Assembly (NCBI GenBank): GCA_963751215.1
Contig: CAVVTV010000004.1
Coordinates: 329,226 to 393,225, forward strand
Origin: an uncultured Thermoleophilia bacterium
GTDB lineage: Bacteria; Actinomycetota; Thermoleophilia; UBA2241
Length of the DNA: 64,000 nt
Direction of reading: 5' to 3'
A program made the translations under genes and the position numbers. Positions within the stretch are counted from its first letter, which is position 1, and each line of letters opens with the position of its first letter. Shown here piece after piece: positions 9,899 to 19,157 of this stretch. Below the pieces are notes generated by a model. The model saw nothing but the letters and a program-made list of their open reading frames with translations. It did no database searches and was not told where the DNA came from.

Positions 9899-10879
9899 GT
9901 GCACCCCGTCTACCACATGACCCTCTGGCAGGCGATCGTCATCGGCCTCATCCAGGGCGTGGGCGAGCTCTTCCCGGTCTCGAGCCTGGGCCATACCGTG
10001 CTCATCCCCTCCTGGTTCGGCGGCAGCTGGGCGACTCTGGTGCGCCAGGAATCGAGCCCGGAAAGTCCCTACCTGGCCTTCGTCGTCGGCCTGCACCTGG
10101 CCACGGCGGTGGTGCTGCTCGCCTTCTACGTGCGCGAGTGGCTGCGCCTGGTGAGCGGCTTCGTCCGCAGCGTGGTCCGTTTCCGCATCGTCACAGACAC
10201 CGAGCGACTGGCCTGGTTCATCGTTATCGCCACCATCCCGGTCGGCCTGCTGGGACTCGCCTTCGAGCATCAGTTCCGCGTGCTCTTCGCGAAACCCGCG
10301 GCCGCGGCGCTCTTTCTCATGGCCAACGGCGTCATTCTGCTGGCCGGCGAGCTCTACCGGCGACGCCACGTCCAACAGGCCGTCGCCGCGCCGGCCGCCG
10401 CCGCCGTCCTCAGGCCCGGCTCGGCGCCTGCCAACCAGCCGGCGCGCTTTCGTGACGAGCGCATCGTGGCCATGGACGCTACTGCTGAACGTGAGATGGC
10501 CCAGATCGGCGTGCTCAGCTCGGTGCTCATCGGCGCCTCCCAGGCGCTGGCTCTCCTCGCCGGTATCAGCCGCGAAGGGGTGGCTATGGTGGGCGGGCTG
10601 TTTCGCGGCCTCGACAACGAGAACGCCATGCGCTTCTCGTTCTTGCTCTCCACGCCGGTGATCTTCGCCGCCGGCCTCCTCAAGGTCCCCGACCTGCTGG
10701 GACCGCTGGGCAATGGCATCCGGCTGCAGGTGCTCGCCGGCGCGCTGGCCGCGGCGGCGGCGTCGCTGTTCGCCATCGTCTTCCTGTCGCGCTACTTCAA
10801 GACGCGCACGCTGCTGCCGTTCGCCGTGTACTCGCTGGTCTTCGGGTTCATCTCGGTGGTGCGCTTCGCGCACTTCTAG
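9899..10879 (+). CDS. uppP: Undecaprenyl-diphosphate phosphatase (BacA)
   Basis: QGVGELFPVSSLGH, ATIPVGLLG, AGISREG, FSFLLSTP. Confidence 0.9.
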   Translation: MHPVYHMTLWQAIVIGLIQGVGELFPVSSLGHTVLIPSWFGGSWATLVRQESSPESPYLAFVVGLHLATAVVLLAFYVREWLRLVSGFVRSVVRFRIVTDTERLAWFIVIATIPVGLLGLAFEHQFRVLFAKPAAAALFLMANGVILLAGELYRRRHVQQAVAAPAAAAVLRPGSAPANQPARFRDERIVAMDATAEREMAQIGVLSSVLIGASQALALLAGISREGVAMVGGLFRGLDNENAMRFSFLLSTPVIFAAGLLKVPDLLGPLGNGIRLQVLAGALAAAAASLFAIVFLSRYFKTRTLLPFAVYSLVFGFISVVRFAHF

Positions 10880-10910
10880 ACCACGCCGCAGCGCTCTTCG
10901 CCGCGCCGCC

Positions 10911-11228
10911 TTACGGGCCGCTGCCTCGCTCGCACACGATCCATGGCAGGAGTGCATTGAGGCGCTCTACCGTCACGAAGTCGGTCTGAGGGCCGGGCGC
11001 GCGGGCCTCGCCGGGCCATGGATCCGTGTACGTCGCAACCAGTGTGGCGCGTTGCGGCCACCGCGTGAATGTTCTGTCGAGATGCACTGTCACATGTGAG
11101 CGCCAGGGGCGCCAGGCAGTGACGTACGCGACCGCTGTAGGGCCGAAGTAGCCCGACCACAACGGCGCGAGCAGCATGACGAGTGCCAGTGCGACGGGCG
11201 TGAGAACCAGAAGGCGTCGTCTCGACAT
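10911..11228 (-). CDS. Hypothetical exported or membrane-anchored protein
   Basis: AGAGGAGG RBS; N-terminal basic plus hydrophobic segment. Confidence 0.55.
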   Translation of the reverse strand: MSRRRLLVLTPVALALVMLLAPLWSGYFGPTAVAYVTAWRPWRSHVTVHLDRTFTRWPQRATLVATYTDPWPGEARAPGPQTDFVTVERLNALLPWIVCERGSGP

Positions 11229-11472
11229 CCCGGGCCTCCTCTATCTGTGCCGCTGAGCGCCCGCGCGGCCCGCACCGGGCGCTCGCCGACATGCCACTGC
11301 GCTCCCGAGTGTACCACCCTCCGTGTGCGCGCCGTGGAAGCGTCGCGCCTTCACACAGGCTTTAGGAAGAACGGCCTGGATTTCACTCGGTCTTCATTCG
11401 CCGGGGGGGATAGTGAACTCGAAGGCCGCGCCTGCGATGCTTGTCGCGCGGCCTGATCGGGAAGGAGTGTGG

Positions 11473-11565
11473 ATGGTCGTCTTCGGAGTCTTGTGGGTGT
11501 CGCTGCTCGCGTTAGAGCTGGGAATCGCCTATGAGTTCTTGAAGCACGAGATCTGGCACCACTGA
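11473..11565 (+). CDS. Putative 30-aa single-TM small protein
   Basis: AAGGAG RBS then MVVFGVLWVSLLALELGIAYEFLKHEIWHH. Confidence 0.5.
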   Translation: MVVFGVLWVSLLALELGIAYEFLKHEIWHH

Positions 11566-11708
11566 CCCGCGGGTCGGGTGAGACGCGACGCGAGGTCCGG
11601 GCGGTGGCCGCGCGATATGCACAGCGTGGGTCCCCGCGAGGGTCGCGCGCAAAGGTCGATCGTGCGCAGGGATGCGCAGAGGGCGATAGCGGCGCAGGCA
11701 GAGCGATC

Positions 11709-13547
11709 ATGAGCGACCATCTCACTCGAGAGCAGCCGTCCGGCGTGGCGGAGCGGGCCCGTTTTCTGGCGGGTCGCGAGCCTTTCAGAGAACTAGACCA
11801 GCGCGAGCTCGAACGCATCGCCGAGGCGGCCGTCGAGCGCGTTGTGCCGGCCGGCGAGATGGTGCTCGTCGAGAGCGGTCGCCCGGGCACCGAGCTCTAC
11901 GTGATCCGTGAAGGATCGTTCGAGCTCACCTACAAGCAGACCCTGGTCGCAGTGCTCACCAGCGGAGAGGTGTTCGGTCACCCCGCGCTACTCACCGGTC
12001 TGGCTCCGGAATTCACGACACGCGCGAGACAAGACTCAACGCTCTACGTGATCCCCAGGGAGGTGGCGCTCGAGGTCTTGACCCGCCGCGAGGGGCTGCG
12101 ATTCGTGGCGGGAAGCCTGCGCGAGCGTCTCCTCGACGCCGCGCGCACGATGCGCTCCCTGCCCGATGCCGCTACTCGCCCGGTCACGTCGCTGCTGCGC
12201 AGCGCCCCGCTGTTCTGTGATCCCGCGGACACGGCGCGCCAGGCGGCCAGGCTCATGGAGGCCGAGAACCGCTCGGCGCTGCTCGTGCGCACCCCCAGCG
12301 GGCTCGGCATCGTGACCGACCAGGACCTGCGCAACAAGGTTCTCGCGTCGGGCGCATCACCTGAGATGCCCGTGAGCGCGGTCATGACTCAGCCGGTCAA
12401 GACCGTGCGCTCCGACGCACTCGCTCCCGAGGCCGCCATCGAGATGATGGCGGCCGGTGTGAATCATCTGCCGGTGGTGGATGCCGAGGGCGGCGTGGTC
12501 GGCATTCTCTCCTCGGGCAACCTCATGACGCTCGATGCGCGCAGCCCCTTCGCACTGCGTCGCACGATCCACGACGCGCGCACCCGGGACGATGTCGCCA
12601 AGGCGGCCGCAGACGTGCCACAGCTTTTCGTGGACCTCATGGCGTCTCACCTCGACGCGCCCGCGGTGACGCGCGTGCTCACGTTGCTCCACGACGCGAT
12701 GACGCAACGCCTGCTGGAGCTCGCCGTCGAGGAGCGCGGCGAACCGCCGGTGAGCTACGCCTGGCTGGCCTTCGGAAGCGCGGCCCGCAGCGAGCTCAAC
12801 CCCGTCTCCGATCAAGACAACGGACTGGCCTACGACGACACGGACGACCCGTCTGTAGACGAGTACTTCCGCCGGCTGGCGGAAGACGTAAACGAAGGTC
12901 TGCGCCGCTGTGGCTTCGCCCTCGACCCCCATGGCACGGTTGCGAGTAACTGGCAATGGCGCCTGCCGCTCGCGACGTGGTGCGCCGTGTTCTCGCGGTC
13001 GCTGGAGGGCAAAGACGTGAACCGTCTGGCACGGGCCAGCGTGGCCTTCGATTTCCGGCAGATCGCCGGCGATCTGCCCGTGGCCGCCGCGCTCACCGAG
13101 ATCATCCGTGAGGCGCCCCGGCATCGCCTCTTCATGAGCGGGCTGGAGGCACTCGGCACCAAGAACCCCTCCGCTCTCACCTTCCTACAGCGGCTGCCGT
13201 CCCGCATCGACATCAAGAAAGAGGCATTGCTGCCCATTCAGAACCTGACCCGCTACCACGCCTTCGCCCGAGGCATCAGCGCGCACACCACGCTGGAACG
13301 GCTGGTCGCTATCCTCGAGGCCGGCGGCCTGACCCGGGAGTCGGAGCAGCTGCTGCGGGAGGCGTTCCTGAGCATGTCGCATCTCCAGCTTCGGCACCAC
13401 GCCCACGCCCTGCGCGCGGGCCACAGCCCCGACAACATCATCGACACATCCACGTTGCGTCCGCTCACCCGCGTCGCGCTCCACGAGGCGCTGCGAGAGG
13501 TGGATGCTGCGCCCAAGCGCTTCCTGCGCCCGTCGCCGGCACGCTGA
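11709..13547 (+). CDS. cNMP-binding + CBS pair + DUF294 nucleotidyltransferase-like signal transduction protein
   Basis: LYVIREG...GEVFG (cNMP), GIVTDQDLR and HLPVVD (CBS), FGSAARSE...SDQDN (NTase). Confidence 0.88.
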   Translation: MSDHLTREQPSGVAERARFLAGREPFRELDQRELERIAEAAVERVVPAGEMVLVESGRPGTELYVIREGSFELTYKQTLVAVLTSGEVFGHPALLTGLAPEFTTRARQDSTLYVIPREVALEVLTRREGLRFVAGSLRERLLDAARTMRSLPDAATRPVTSLLRSAPLFCDPADTARQAARLMEAENRSALLVRTPSGLGIVTDQDLRNKVLASGASPEMPVSAVMTQPVKTVRSDALAPEAAIEMMAAGVNHLPVVDAEGGVVGILSSGNLMTLDARSPFALRRTIHDARTRDDVAKAAADVPQLFVDLMASHLDAPAVTRVLTLLHDAMTQRLLELAVEERGEPPVSYAWLAFGSAARSELNPVSDQDNGLAYDDTDDPSVDEYFRRLAEDVNEGLRRCGFALDPHGTVASNWQWRLPLATWCAVFSRSLEGKDVNRLARASVAFDFRQIAGDLPVAAALTEIIREAPRHRLFMSGLEALGTKNPSALTFLQRLPSRIDIKKEALLPIQNLTRYHAFARGISAHTTLERLVAILEAGGLTRESEQLLREAFLSMSHLQLRHHAHALRAGHSPDNIIDTSTLRPLTRVALHEALREVDAAPKRFLRPSPAR

Positions 13548-13662
13548 GCAGGCGGCCTAGGCCGAGGTCTTCCGACCATCGGCAAGCGGTGTACGAGCGC
13601 CGCTATCGCGGGAACAGTATTGGCGCACGTGTCCCAGTGAGTCGCGACAACAGGAGAAGACC

Positions 13663-14064
13663 ATGGACAACATGATCGTCTGGGCGGACATCCCGGTCAC
13701 CGATCTGCAGCGCGCCATGACGTTCTACGGCGCCGTCCTGCAACATCCGTTCATGCAGATGGAGGGCATGCCCGGCATCGCCTTGCCGGCATCGGAGCAG
13801 TCAGACCCCGGGCAGGCGCCGCAGGGTTCCATGCCGGTCGCCTTCGACCTCGCGATCGTCGAGGACCGCAAGCCCAGCGCCGACGGTTGTACCATCTACC
13901 TCAACAGCGGGGGTGACCCCGAGGGTATGTTGCAGCGCGCCGCCGAGGCTGGCGGTGAGATTCTGGCGCCGGTGAGTGACATGGGCGAGATGGTCGGCAG
14001 CATCGGATTCTTTCGAGACTCGGAGGGCAACCGCATCGGCGTGCACAAGCCGCCGCAGAGCTGA
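13663..14064 (+). CDS. VOC/glyoxalase family protein
   Basis: AGGAG RBS; WADIPVTDLQRAMTFY...FRDSEGNRIGVH. Confidence 0.88.
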   Translation: MDNMIVWADIPVTDLQRAMTFYGAVLQHPFMQMEGMPGIALPASEQSDPGQAPQGSMPVAFDLAIVEDRKPSADGCTIYLNSGGDPEGMLQRAAEAGGEILAPVSDMGEMVGSIGFFRDSEGNRIGVHKPPQS

Positions 14065-14209
14065 GCACTCGGGCGCACCACGGCGCCGGCCCACCGCGTA
14101 CCCCCCGCAACCCTGCCTCCGGCAGTCCGCGGGCGTCACCGGAGGCCGGCGACGTCGCGTTCGATCTTGTAGACGAGCGACAGACCCAGACGGGCGACAG
14201 ACCGCGGTG

Positions 14210-14476
14210 CTAGAGACGCCCGACCACCTGCAGCGCCACGATGAGCACAACGAGCCCGATCAAGTAGCTCCAATCGAAGGCGACCGCGCCCACACGCCTG
14301 GGCGGGAGTAGGCGGCGGAAGATTGACAGGTAGGGCTCCGTCAGCGCGAAGAGCACGCCCTGCACGCGATACATGGCCGTACCGGGACGAAGGGTCATCC
14401 AGGTGAGCAGCCCGCGCGCGACGATCACCCAGCTGTAGATCACGAGTACGTAGTAGACGAGGTAGATGAGGTTCAT
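14210..14476 (-). CDS. yggT: YggT family membrane protein
   Basis: AAGGAG RBS; LFALTEPYLSIFRRLLP...FDWS. Confidence 0.85.
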   Translation of the reverse strand: MNLIYLVYYVLVIYSWVIVARGLLTWMTLRPGTAMYRVQGVLFALTEPYLSIFRRLLPPRRVGAVAFDWSYLIGLVVLIVALQVVGRL

Positions 14477-14694
14477 CCAGGCTCCTTGACAGTGCGCCGT
14501 CGAGACTGCACACCGCGCCGCCACACGTGCCAGCCGTGGCCGCGGGTTCTGCCGCCTCTCGCGCACAGACTATCTGGCGAGACCTAGTTTAGCTGGTCTT
14601 CCGCCACGCCGGCGCCGCAGCCTTCGGGTGTCGCCGGGGTCGCCGGCGTACACAGGCGCGACCCTACCGCGGGCGCCGCACCTACGAGACTGGC

Positions 14695-15021
14695 CTAGGC
14701 CGCCTTCCGCCGATCTTCCGCATCCGCGTCACCGCGAATCGGGAGGCCTACCGGCTCGGCTCCAGCCGTGGTGCGCCGGATCGCCCGAGCATCGGCGAGC
14801 AGGGCAACGACCAGGAACACGATCACGATGGCGGCCACAGTGAGCAACGGCGCCACCCCAGGGAAGATGCCGGAGCCCAGCCGGGCGCCGGCGCTGTGGC
14901 GGCCGCGGACCACGACCGCCGAGGCGGCGGGCGTTTCGAGAGCCAGGGCCACAACCAGAGAACCGGCGAACGCCGCCGCCACGGCCAAACGCCGCGCAAG
15001 AGAAGCCTTCACCTGATGCAC
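14695..15021 (-). CDS. Hypothetical membrane protein
   Basis: Signal-like N-terminus and one further TM segment; GAGG upstream. Confidence 0.5.
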   Translation of the reverse strand: MHQVKASLARRLAVAAAFAGSLVVALALETPAASAVVVRGRHSAGARLGSGIFPGVAPLLTVAAIVIVFLVVALLADARAIRRTTAGAEPVGLPIRGDADAEDRRKAA

Positions 15022-15289
15022 CTCAACTTCGACTCCGGCAGCGCACCGCTCGGCGCGTGCCCTATGGCCCTGGTATTCCCCCGCCGCCGGGGGAAAACAC
15101 TGGCGTGTCAGTGGAATGGTTAGGCTTGCGGGGGACTGATGAGGCGAATGCCAACCTCGTCACAGCCATGGCGTGCCGGCTCGCGGGCGCGACGGCTGCC
15201 CGGCGTTCGTTTCTGGCTCGTGGGCGAGAGGCATAACATCGTCGGGTTACTAGGTAACTCGACTGTGGCGAGGCTAGGGGAGAGCGGGA

Positions 15290-16708
15290 TTGGGTCGGCG
15301 CGACCACGACGAACCGGGAATCAGCGAGGGGAAGGCCGCGCGCGGGCAACGCCCAGGGGGAAGCCCCCACCCTGCCTCCCCGCCCGTGCTCTCCCACGAG
15401 GACCTCGACCGCGCCGCCGACCGCTCGCGGGTATTCTGGGCCCGGCGCGGCCATCGGCGCTGGCAGCTTCTGTGGCTGCTCATCGGCCCGGGAGTGCTCG
15501 CCATGATCGGCGAGAACGACGGCCCCAGCATGATCTCGTACGCCACCAGCGGCGCAACCTACGGCTACGGCTTCTTTCTGCCCTTCATCGTGCTCACGTT
15601 TGCGGCCGCGATCGTCTGCCAGGAGATGTGTATGAGGGTTGGGGCGGTGACGCATCGCGGCTACGGGGAGCTCGTGATCCAGCGCTACGGCACGGTGTGG
15701 GGCTGGTTCAATGCCGGCGACCTGGTGCTCACCAACCTCGTGACGCTCATCGCCGAGTTCGTCGCCCTGCGTGTGGGCCTCGCCTACTTCCACCTCCCCG
15801 CCTGGATAGCCGTGGTGCTCGGTCTTGCCCTCGTCGCCTTCGCCCAGAGCGGCCACCGCTACTGGCGCTGGGAGCGCATCTCCCTGGGCCTCGCGCTGTT
15901 CAACGGCCTCTTCCTGTTGGCGGCGCTGCTCGTCAAGCCGGACTGGGCAGCGTCCGGCAAGGCTTTCGCCACGCTCTCGCCCTTTCCCGGGGGCAACTTC
16001 AACACGATCCTGCTGCTTGTCGCCTCTACGATCGGCGCCACCGTGACCCCCTGGATGATCTTCTTTCAGCAGAGCGCCACGGTAGACAAGGGCATGACCC
16101 CGCACGACATCAGGGAGGGTCGCACCGATACCGTGCTCGGCGGTGTGCTGGCGGCCGTCTTCGGCTGTGGCGCATTCCTCGTCGGGGCCGTGCTCGCCGC
16201 CCATCACGCCGGCGGCGTGCAGGGTCTCGCCGGGGCCGGCTTTCCGGCGGCGCTGCAACGCTCCGTCGGCTCGGCCGCGGCGACGGTGCTGGCCTTAGGG
16301 CTCATCGAGGCCGGGGCGCTCGCTCTGCTCACCATCTCCGCGAGCACCGGCTACGCGGTGGGCGAAGCCCTGGGCGTACATCACAGCTTCAACTACTCGC
16401 TACGCCGCGCGGGTCTCTTCCACCTCAGCAACATCGGCGCCGCGCTCGTCGCCGGCGTGGTGATCCTCATCCCAGGGGCGCCGCTGCTGGCCATCGCGCT
16501 GAACGCCAACGTGCTCGCCACCGTGCTTCTGCCGGTGGCACTCGTCTTCCTACTCATGCTGGCCAACGACCACGACCTCATGGGCAGCTGGACAAACGGG
16601 CGGCTGACCAATGCCGCCGCGATCGTGGTCGTGATCGCCGTGGCCGTCTCCGGCGCCGCCTACGGCATCGACTCGTTCCTCGTCGTAACGCACGTCATAG
16701 GGCCTTGA
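15290..16708 (+). CDS. NRAMP-related divalent metal transporter (NrmT/Mg2+-type motifs)
   Basis: GPGVLAMIGENDGPS, QEMCMRVGAVT, GATVTPWMIFFQQS, LANDHDLMG. Confidence 0.88.
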   Translation: MGRRDHDEPGISEGKAARGQRPGGSPHPASPPVLSHEDLDRAADRSRVFWARRGHRRWQLLWLLIGPGVLAMIGENDGPSMISYATSGATYGYGFFLPFIVLTFAAAIVCQEMCMRVGAVTHRGYGELVIQRYGTVWGWFNAGDLVLTNLVTLIAEFVALRVGLAYFHLPAWIAVVLGLALVAFAQSGHRYWRWERISLGLALFNGLFLLAALLVKPDWAASGKAFATLSPFPGGNFNTILLLVASTIGATVTPWMIFFQQSATVDKGMTPHDIREGRTDTVLGGVLAAVFGCGAFLVGAVLAAHHAGGVQGLAGAGFPAALQRSVGSAAATVLALGLIEAGALALLTISASTGYAVGEALGVHHSFNYSLRRAGLFHLSNIGAALVAGVVILIPGAPLLAIALNANVLATVLLPVALVFLLMLANDHDLMGSWTNGRLTNAAAIVVVIAVAVSGAAYGIDSFLVVTHVIGP

Positions 16709-16728
16709 CGGCTCGCCCAACGGGAAGC

Positions 16729-16950
16729 ATGAGAGACATGAAGCACAAGCCGCGGAGACGAAAGCAACGGGTCGCGCCCGAGGAGATGGTCGGCTACCTC
16801 GAGCGCGACCAGCTCGAAGAAGTGATGGACACGCGCCTGGCGCGCGCCGCCCTCAGCCGCTGGAGCCGAGCGGGACTCTGGGCCCTACGCGTGTTCGTCG
16901 TCGCGATCGGCGCGATGGTTGTTTATACCTTCGTCTCACTGCTGCACTAG
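16729..16950 (+). CDS. Small single-TM protein downstream of the NRAMP gene
   Basis: ...YLERDQL...GLWALRVFVVAIGAMVVYTFVSLLH; starts 20 nt after the NRAMP stop. Confidence 0.65.
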   Translation: MRDMKHKPRRRKQRVAPEEMVGYLERDQLEEVMDTRLARAALSRWSRAGLWALRVFVVAIGAMVVYTFVSLLH

Positions 16951-17024
16951 ACGTTCACGTCTCGCGTCCATATGCAGCCGCAGCCGTGCGGCCGGCCGGA
17001 GGCCGGCCGCACGATCCTCCCGCC

Positions 17025-18284
17025 TCAGTGAACGCCGACGGCCAGCTGATGCAGAGTGGTCGACGGAACCATGCCGGCGGCGACGAGCGTCACACCGCTG
17101 TGCTGCCAGCCGATCACGTCGATCAGCGAAGTCGAGAGCTCATAGGCTTGGGCGCCACCGACCGACGTGGTCGCGACGAGCCCCCGCGGCAGCGCGGACA
17201 ACTGCTGCTGCAGGCCGCTCGACGGCCCCGCAGCGGCGTTGGACTCGACCAGCACCACCGAACCGAAGCCATTGCCGTAGTGCAAGATGGCAGTCGCGCC
17301 GTGACCGCCGGCCGCCGGTAGCACCGCGGCGCCGTTGAAGGGCAGCGAAGCGGATGGGGTCGCCGTGAGCAGATTCAGACCGTAGATCTGCGCCTTGGCT
17401 TGGGCCTGCGTCAAAGTGAGGGCGTGACCGCTGCCGGTGGGCGTGACCATGGCGCCACCGGCGGCGTGTGCCGACGACGGCAGCGACTTATACTGCACGG
17501 TCGCACCGGCCGGCGGCGTGAACGTGAACAGGCTCGCCGCGTTGTTGGCATAGGAGACGCCGGTAAAGCCGGCCGATAGCGAAGGAGTGTGGTTGTCACC
17601 CTTGGCGAAGACCTGCACGCGCAGAGGAACGAAGGTCTTGCCGTCGATAGCCACCTGCAATGAGCCGAACGTGGTGGTGGTGCCGGCCGCAGGAGTGACC
17701 GTAATGATGTAGCTTGGCTGCCCGGCCACGGAGCCATGGTTATTCACGGTCACCGTGCCGGTGGAGGCGAAACGCTGCAGATCGGCGGTGATGACCGAAA
17801 GCGGGTCGAGCGTCGAGGTCTGCGGGCTCGGCGTCGCCGTCGCGCTTGGGGCGCCCGCCGGCCGTGAGTAGTTCACCGCCGTGTTGGTGCCCGAGCTGTA
17901 GGTCCAGAGGCCGCCCTTGCCGGCCACCACCACGAAGTCGGAGCCGCTGCCCTGGGCCTCGAGCCGCACGCCGCTGCCCTTCTGGATCCAGAGCCGCCCC
18001 GAGCCGCCCATGGCGAGCGACGTCAGGCTGCTAGGAGACGAGCCCTGGCCGCTCAGCAGGCTCGAAAGATCGGATCCCGGGATGAGCCCGTTGGACCAGG
18101 AGAAGTCGCCGCTGACGGCAGTCGTGGTCGGCGCTTCAGCGGCGACCTTGGTAAGCAGCTGGGCAGCGCTCATGGTGGGCAGGGCCGGCGTGCTCCCCAG
18201 GGCCCTGCTCGCCACTACGCCGACTACAGCGGACGCGGCTACGACGGCCGCGACCAGCAGATAGATCAAGGCTTTGCGAGACAT
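17025..18284 (-). CDS. LolA/RseB-like exported protein
   Basis: AAGGAGGAG RBS; signal anchor; IDGKTFVPLRVQV and FTFTPPAGATV. Confidence 0.75.
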   Translation of the reverse strand: MSRKALIYLLVAAVVAASAVVGVVASRALGSTPALPTMSAAQLLTKVAAEAPTTTAVSGDFSWSNGLIPGSDLSSLLSGQGSSPSSLTSLAMGGSGRLWIQKGSGVRLEAQGSGSDFVVVAGKGGLWTYSSGTNTAVNYSRPAGAPSATATPSPQTSTLDPLSVITADLQRFASTGTVTVNNHGSVAGQPSYIITVTPAAGTTTTFGSLQVAIDGKTFVPLRVQVFAKGDNHTPSLSAGFTGVSYANNAASLFTFTPPAGATVQYKSLPSSAHAAGGAMVTPTGSGHALTLTQAQAKAQIYGLNLLTATPSASLPFNGAAVLPAAGGHGATAILHYGNGFGSVVLVESNAAAGPSSGLQQQLSALPRGLVATTSVGGAQAYELSTSLIDVIGWQHSGVTLVAAGMVPSTTLHQLAVGVH

Positions 18285-18347
18285 GTCTCCTCCTTGCGCA
18301 GCGCCATCCGGCGAATCGCCGCCGGACGGTGGCAATGGGTGCCGCCG

Positions 18348-19157
18348 CTAAACAAGTATGTCCTTGCGGCGGAACACATACCAGGCGACCGTCATCAGCC
18401 CGCCGATGTAGATCGCGAAAGCGATGAGGCCGTTGATGATCGGATGCCAGGCAACGGGCTGGCTGAGCAGGTTCTGCCAGGCGTCCAGGTGGCTCGTGAA
18501 CAGGTAGGGCTTCATGAAGTCGAAGTAGCTGAAGGCGCCCAGGATGTTCATGACTATGACCACCACCAAGGCGGCGATGGCCGCCGTGAGGCTTGAGTTG
18601 GTGAAGGTCGCGAAGAGCAGGGCCAGCGAGAGCACGCAGATCACACCGGCCAGCACGTACAGGTACGACAAGAGGCTCAGCCAGAGCCCGTGGCTCACGC
18701 TCACCGTCTGGCCGCTGAGCAGGGCGGGAGCATGCAGGCCGAAGGCCAGGCCACCGGCCACGAGCCCGCCGATCGCCACCAGAACGAGCCCGATGGCGAC
18801 GTAGATGATGGCCACACCCCACTTCGAGGCGAGCACGCCGCCGCGGCTGATGGAGTGCATGAGCCAGGTCTTGATGGTGCCCGTCTCGGCCTCGCCGGCC
18901 AGCTGGTAGCTGCCCACCATGGAGGCCAGCAGCGGCAGCAGGAAGGCCGATAGAAGCGTGATCGCGGCGATCGGCATGAGCAGGCCGTTGTGCATGGCCA
19001 GCGAGATCACCCCACCGGGACCGTGATCACGATGGTTGTTGCGGTTCAAGTACAGCGCCAGAGTGATCAGCAGAGGCACGGCCAGCAGTCCGCCCCAGCC
19101 CACATAGCTGCGCTTCTGAGAGAAGAGCTTGGTGAGCTCACGTCGCAGCAGCATCAT
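18348..19157 (-). CDS. ABC-2 type exporter permease
   Basis: LAGEAETGTIKTWL...SRGGVLASK; about 6 TM segments; overlaps the ATPase stop. Confidence 0.88.
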   Translation of the reverse strand: MMLLRRELTKLFSQKRSYVGWGGLLAVPLLITLALYLNRNNHRDHGPGGVISLAMHNGLLMPIAAITLLSAFLLPLLASMVGSYQLAGEAETGTIKTWLMHSISRGGVLASKWGVAIIYVAIGLVLVAIGGLVAGGLAFGLHAPALLSGQTVSVSHGLWLSLLSYLYVLAGVICVLSLALLFATFTNSSLTAAIAALVVVIVMNILGAFSYFDFMKPYLFTSHLDAWQNLLSQPVAWHPIINGLIAFAIYIGGLMTVAWYVFRRKDILV

